From NCBI GenBank assembly GCA_963678315.1, contig OY782781.1, positions 96,001 to 160,000 of the forward strand: a DNA stretch of 64,000 bases, read 5' to 3'. Positions 60,011 through 64,000 of the stretch are shown one piece after another (positions within the stretch are counted from its first letter, which is position 1; the number at the start of each line of letters is the position of its first letter). The notes below the pieces were generated by a model that ran no database searches, was not told the DNA's origin, and saw nothing but the letters and a program-made list of their open reading frames with translations. This DNA is from Candidatus Cloacimonadales bacterium (lineage in GTDB: Bacteria > Cloacimonadota > Cloacimonadia > Cloacimonadales > JAFGVF01). The position numbers and the translations under genes are program-made.

Positions 60011-61795
60011 CTAGTCTTCGAAATTATATATTTTATCTTCTACGTAATTCATATACCATGATGTATTTGTTTGACCACCTGATTCAGCCCAAGCTTTAAA
60101 CTCAGGATATGCTCCAGTAATATCTACATTCTCTCTTGGATGTAAGAAGTTCACTTGAGTTGAGAGTAGTTCAATACCCCAAGGATGTCCTTGTGCTGTT
60201 TGATACCAGTAATCAGAAGTAGGATCAGTAGCATCATCACCTGTCATAAACTTGTTTACATCAGCACCAGCTGTAGCAGGTCTGTTAGGTAAATGAATTT
60301 CTCTTCCTCTATGACCAGCATGGTATAAGAAGAAATCTTCTACTAAGTTAACAGGTTGAGTTGCAGCTGTGTTGAAATTCACAGTAAATAATCTATCGTA
60401 GATAGTTCCATCAGGACCAACACCATTATTTTGATAGTAAGTATTGATTTGAGCAAAAACATCACCTGTGATGATAATACTATTATCTTCATAAGGGTCA
60501 ATATCTGAGTTATGAGATGAGTCTTTAACAAAAGCAGGATCTGTTAATGGAGTATAAACATTTCTACTTCCATTGTTTTCTACATTAATAAACCTAACAC
60601 CTAAACCATTGTGATAACCAGCACCAAGTCCTCTATATCTTACTGATGCATTTAAATCAACATACTGGTTTTGAGCATTTAAAGCATATTCAAATCTAGT
60701 ACCAATAACCATGTCATTGAAGTCATAGTCACCTTTATCAGGCCATAAATCTTCAAATGCTACAATTCTTCTACCTGTGTAAGGTACAACAACTCTGTAA
60801 GCTCTTTCTGGATCATTAGGATAGTCATCATCATTATCGTTCACATTATCGCCATCACTATCACCTATAGCATTATAAACAATATTATCTAAGAAATAGT
60901 AGTCGATTCCAAAGTTATGAGAATGGAAACCTAAAGTAAGTCTTGTACTATTAGCAGGTATTACAAAAGCTGTTGAGAATTCAGTCCATGTTATATCCAT
61001 ATCATGTTCAGCTGAATTAAGTTGAAGAGCTTGAGTACCTGTAGCATTACCATTGATATCATAATATGAGAAGTTCACAGTCAAAGTTACAAAGTTCTCA
61101 TCTGGATTTCTAACAGAAAATGTTAAAAATGCTTGATCATTAGGATTTACATCGATAGATTGAGTTGCATAACAGTTAGGAACCATCTTTAAAACACTGT
61201 TACCATCCATTGGATCATCAACAATATCACAATCTTGTGTACCTGCACTATACTGGTACCACTCACCATCTACAGGCGGTTCAAAGTTTGCGTTAGGAGA
61301 GTCATTAAGTAAATCAATCTCAAAGTCATGATTTCCAATAGGGTTAACTCTAGTATCCTTCTCTTTGTTAGAGACAACAACTGAAGTTAAGACATCGCTA
61401 AGTTCAATTGTTACATTTTGTTCTAATTCATAAGGACTAATTGCTTTAGTTAAATTAACAGATGGAATATGTATTAATAATGAGCTCACTTCTTCAGGAA
61501 TAACAGCAGGAATTGATGCTTGCATGTTATCTATTACTGCAGAAGTAACTATTTCATTTTTCCCATCTATAAGATTAATTTTATGACCATTTAAATCTAT
61601 ATCAAGGTGTTGAGAATTAATTTCAACATTAACCTTGATTCTATTACCTGTTACCCAATCAAAGTCTGTTGGGACATTTAAATCTTCAAACTCAGTAGAT
61701 AATTCATAAACTGGTTGAGATGAATTATCATCACTACACGACACTAAAACAGCAGTTAGTGTCAATATTAAAAGTATTCTAGTTATAATTTTCAT
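60011..61795 (-). CDS. LruC-domain (DUF4842) lipoprotein with carbohydrate-binding-like insert
   Basis: Lipobox LVSC; DSDGDNVNDNDDDYPNDP; AFEDLWPDKGDYDFND; EIHLP; PW; AYPEFKAWAESGG..WY. Confidence 0.88.
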   Translation of the reverse strand: MKIITRILLILTLTAVLVSCSDDNSSQPVYELSTEFEDLNVPTDFDWVTGNRIKVNVEINSQHLDIDLNGHKINLIDGKNEIVTSAVIDNMQASIPAVIPEEVSSLLIHIPSVNLTKAISPYELEQNVTIELSDVLTSVVVSNKEKDTRVNPIGNHDFEIDLLNDSPNANFEPPVDGEWYQYSAGTQDCDIVDDPMDGNSVLKMVPNCYATQSIDVNPNDQAFLTFSVRNPDENFVTLTVNFSYYDINGNATGTQALQLNSAEHDMDITWTEFSTAFVIPANSTRLTLGFHSHNFGIDYYFLDNIVYNAIGDSDGDNVNDNDDDYPNDPERAYRVVVPYTGRRIVAFEDLWPDKGDYDFNDMVIGTRFEYALNAQNQYVDLNASVRYRGLGAGYHNGLGVRFINVENNGSRNVYTPLTDPAFVKDSSHNSDIDPYEDNSIIITGDVFAQINTYYQNNGVGPDGTIYDRLFTVNFNTAATQPVNLVEDFFLYHAGHRGREIHLPNRPATAGADVNKFMTGDDATDPTSDYWYQTAQGHPWGIELLSTQVNFLHPRENVDITGAYPEFKAWAESGGQTNTSWYMNYVEDKIYNFED

Positions 61796-61885
61796 ACTTC
61801 CTCCATACTAAATTAAATAAACATTACTTCTCATTACAAAAGTTAAACAACTATCAAATATTGGCAAGTTATTTTATATGAAAAA

Positions 61886-61910
61886 TAGGCTATCCTTTCG
61901 GACAGCCTAT
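61886..61910 (-). terminator. Terminator after the lamin-tail protein
   Basis: ataggct.tcc-tttc-gga.agcctat stem with an A-tract on its left. Confidence 0.7.
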
Positions 61911-61938
61911 CTATGTTAATTATTTATTTATTAAGTAT

Positions 61939-64000
61939 TTAGTTTCTTTTAGCTGATTCAACTGCATCTGTAGAAGCTTCAACCTTAAAGAACTTCATCA
62001 TATCAGCACTTGAAACATCGACTGATGTTGCTGTTACATGGTAAGCAGCGTTACCATCTGTAGAAATTTCAGGTGAATCACTCATATATACCTTGTAAGA
62101 AACGGCATCATCAACAGGATTCCATGACAATGTGATAGTTGAACCATCAACTGTGATTGTTACATTTGGAATAGCTAGTTCTGAAGGACCTATTACGATT
62201 TCTTCATGACTTCCTAGATAAGTAAATGTATCTTGAGGGAATACAATCCATTGAGAATTATCTGCATCAGTTCCAGCAGAAAGAGCCCAGTCAGTTGTTC
62301 CTTCTGTTACAGTCATCTTTCTAACTAAAGTATAGTTTGCAGTTGCTCCGTCAAGTACAGGCCATGAAGATCCTGGGTCTGTACCTTGAACACCAACTAC
62401 ATCAATAGGGGTAGTATTATAGAATAAACCAACAGCATCGTCACCATTGAAATATGTAACATTACTTGTTACATCTTGAACATCTGAGATACCTGCATCT
62501 GCGCTTGAATTAGCAATTACAAATACAGCACCAGCTGCAAGAGTTCCTTCCATATCATAAGTATTACCCCAATCTCCACCATTAGAAGCTAGTTTAACAC
62601 TATAAGGAGTCAAGTCTACTTCAGCACCTGTACCGTTATAGATTTCGATAGCTTTATTATTTGAAGAACCTTCTATATATTCAGAAATAATCATTCCTGT
62701 AGGAATAACAATTTCTTCTATTGTAATTACAGATTCAGCGATTGGGCTATCAGTCATTTCTGCTTTAACAGCATAAGCTTTAACTGTAGTAGTAGCTTCA
62801 ACTGAGAATGCTTCAGAATAAACTGAAGAAGCAGTTGTAGGGTCATTACCATCAAGACTATAGTATATAGTTGCACCTTCAGTAGAACAAGTAATAGTAA
62901 CATTTTGTGTTTCATTATATGTACCTGTAGCAGGTAAGATAACAGGAGTAGCAACAACTTCAGGAACACTTGTATCTGGAACGACATCAGCATCACTTCT
63001 TGGGTTTAATCCAAATTCAGAAAATGCATAATCAACAATACCTGTAATTGAAGTGAATACATCACCTAATTGAGCAGCTGGATCTAAAACATAACCAATT
63101 GAGTCATCGATTTGACCATCACCAGAACCGTCGGTAACATACCATTGTCCGTAACTTCCACTATTAACAGGAGTTGAAACAGTTACATTTTCAACAGTAA
63201 CAAGAACACTTTCATAAGCTTCGTTTGAAGCTAATTCTGCAGTTGTGATAACCACTGGTTCAGGAAGAGCGTTTTCAGAAGATATAACTGTCAAATCGCT
63301 AACACTAGTCAATTCAGTTAAATTGTTGTATTCAACTACAGAAGCTCTGAAGTTAACTTGGTCACCAACAGCTACAGTTTGGGTATCATCATAAACATAG
63401 ATTCCATTCCAAGCTCCACCTTCAGCAGAAGTTAAGTAGAATTGACCACCAGTCTTAACATAGGAAACTATACCTTGAACAATAACTTCTTGTCCACTAT
63501 AAGGAGAGTCGCCACTAGCATCTTCTGTATACTGAATATCATAGATAGCAGTAGGTAGTACTTCATTAGCAAGACCAGTTAGAGCTATTTCAACAGGCTC
63601 ATAACTTTCCATAAGATCACTATGTGTAATAGTACCACTAACTTGACCTGCGTTTGTAGCATTAAATCTAACTTCGACTGTAAGTTCTTCTTCATACATT
63701 TCTGATTCAAATGAAGTTCCCCAATTTCCTGAATTAGGATCTTTAATTTGGAAATCACCAGTAGCAATAACTTCAGCAATCTCTATATCTTGGAAATAAA
63801 GAATATAGCTTTGTGATTCTGAGACAAGTCCAACCTCTGATTCAAATGACATTGTAGTTTTTGAAACATTAAAGCCATCATCATAGTTTGATTGTTCAAC
63901 CATATCAGCACTAGTTCTAGCAAAGATTTGAGCTGTACCATTGTATTCAGCAGCCAAACCAGTTACATAAAGGTTCATTGCTGAGATATCTGTACCGAGA
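61939..64000 (-). CDS. Secreted/surface protein, 5'-truncated: Ig-like, OB-fold, FN3-associated (CHB_HEX_C-like) and lamin-tail domains
   Basis: Frame stays open upstream of Met 63978 to the window edge; IYDIQ..SPYSGQEV; TEGATIYYSLDG; ISEYIEGSSNNKAIEIYNGTG; FNGDD. Confidence 0.85.
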   Translation of the reverse strand, partial: LGTDISAMNLYVTGLAAEYNGTAQIFARTSADMVEQSNYDDGFNVSKTTMSFESEVGLVSESQSYILYFQDIEIAEVIATGDFQIKDPNSGNWGTSFESEMYEEELTVEVRFNATNAGQVSGTITHSDLMESYEPVEIALTGLANEVLPTAIYDIQYTEDASGDSPYSGQEVIVQGIVSYVKTGGQFYLTSAEGGAWNGIYVYDDTQTVAVGDQVNFRASVVEYNNLTELTSVSDLTVISSENALPEPVVITTAELASNEAYESVLVTVENVTVSTPVNSGSYGQWYVTDGSGDGQIDDSIGYVLDPAAQLGDVFTSITGIVDYAFSEFGLNPRSDADVVPDTSVPEVVATPVILPATGTYNETQNVTITCSTEGATIYYSLDGNDPTTASSVYSEAFSVEATTTVKAYAVKAEMTDSPIAESVITIEEIVIPTGMIISEYIEGSSNNKAIEIYNGTGAEVDLTPYSVKLASNGGDWGNTYDMEGTLAAGAVFVIANSSADAGISDVQDVTSNVTYFNGDDAVGLFYNTTPIDVVGVQGTDPGSSWPVLDGATANYTLVRKMTVTEGTTDWALSAGTDADNSQWIVFPQDTFTYLGSHEEIVIGPSELAIPNVTITVDGSTITLSWNPVDDAVSYKVYMSDSPEISTDGNAAYHVTATSVDVSSADMMKFFKVEASTDAVESAKRN

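Noticed and set aside
5177..63779. Numerous short ORFs antisense to or nested in long genes (e.g. 6356-6727, 19086-19481, 20619-21035, 55934-56500)
   Set aside because: They overlap well-supported genes and have no independent motifs; this is typical of codon-bias shadow frames.
1..64000. tRNA, rRNA, transposase, integrase, reverse transcriptase or prophage genes
   Set aside because: None recognised by eye; tRNAscan-SE and Infernal would be needed to exclude small RNAs formally.

Overview
AT-rich chromosomal window from a diderm anaerobe. The lineage is most likely Ca. Cloacimonadota (FCB group), inferred from a C25 protease with a FlgD-Ig C-terminal sorting domain, a SprA-like translocon and lysine/butyrate fermentation genes. 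Left to right: a 3'-truncated NRPS missed by the ORF track (A-PCP-C plus a formyltransferase-like domain) divergent from a PhzF-family isomerase; an AlbA/RecG-C gene inserted between 57-bp direct repeats; an MCE (mlaD/E/F) operon whose PqiC-like lipoprotein is fused to an outer-membrane barrel; ornithine carbamoyltransferase; an HxlR-linked redox-stress cassette flanked by near-duplicate terminators; a pyrBCKD operon with a PyrR-type leader; an LVIVD lipoprotein plus C25 protease; a six-gene envelope operon with an unannotated ferredoxin and an archaeal-like geranylgeranyl reductase; rocD; sprA; coaX; a POTRA-less Omp85 plus acyl-ACP/CoA synthetase; an RloA/RloB (AbiL-like) pair; four small beta-barrel paralogs; gcvT; kal-crt-hbd-bcd-etfB-etfA; a LruC lipoprotein; and a 5'-truncated lamin-tail surface protein. 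Several intergenic regions are mosaics of REP-like palindromes. No rRNA, tRNA, CRISPR, transposase or integrase was recognised. All family calls are by-eye motif recognition, not database searches.
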